Source: Octopus vulgaris (Eukaryota). Taken from it: a stretch of 64,000 bases of DNA. The stretch spans positions 79,174,001 through 79,238,000 of the forward strand of contig OX597826.1 in the NCBI GenBank assembly GCA_951406725.2. Reading direction: 5' to 3'. Within the stretch, counting starts at the first letter, position 1, and each line of letters starts with the position of its first letter. The notes below the pieces were generated by a model, which had not been told where the DNA came from, made no database searches, and was given only the letters and a program-made list of their open reading frames with translations. The translations under genes and the position numbers were made by a program. Below are positions 63,985 through 64,000 of this stretch, piece by piece.

Positions 63985-64000
63985 GTATGATATTCGTGTT

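Overview
Repeat-rich, AT-rich metazoan DNA, most likely an octopus (inferred from the SINE/RTE repeat families and microsatellite load; not verified by search). The + strand carries the 3' part of an ARHGEF17-like RhoGEF gene. I traced 17 GT-AG exons by hand from 6422 to 36505; all phases are consistent and give 813 aa (end of the DH domain, the PH domain and a C-terminal beta-propeller-like region ending GRDDSTNHLLLWQV). It is followed by about 8 kb with no recognisable transposons, probably a long 3' UTR. The - strand carries a complete 3-exon gene (61943->52100, 155 aa) resembling vertebrate POLR1D isoform 2, with no RPAC2 exon visible. A possible first coding exon of a divergent gene lies at 63871-63984. 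Introns and intergenic DNA hold tRNA-derived SINEs, RTE LINE pieces (one with a PHD-like finger inside the RT region), three mariner lineages, an IR/DR Tc1, a Merlin relic, hAT and mariner MITEs and an unclassified transposase relic. The most unusual feature is a palindromic element present twice (35602-36000; 44735-45734 with a 10-bp TSD), in which a tRNA-like Pol III head sits between inverted arms carrying minimal hammerhead-ribozyme motifs. There is also a separate near-intact hammerhead at 11304-11344 and a dense nuclear-receptor site cluster (two perfect DR5, one IR1) at 22586-22815. Repeat boundaries are approximate unless a TSD or TIR is quoted. Similarities to named proteins are from memory, not database searches.
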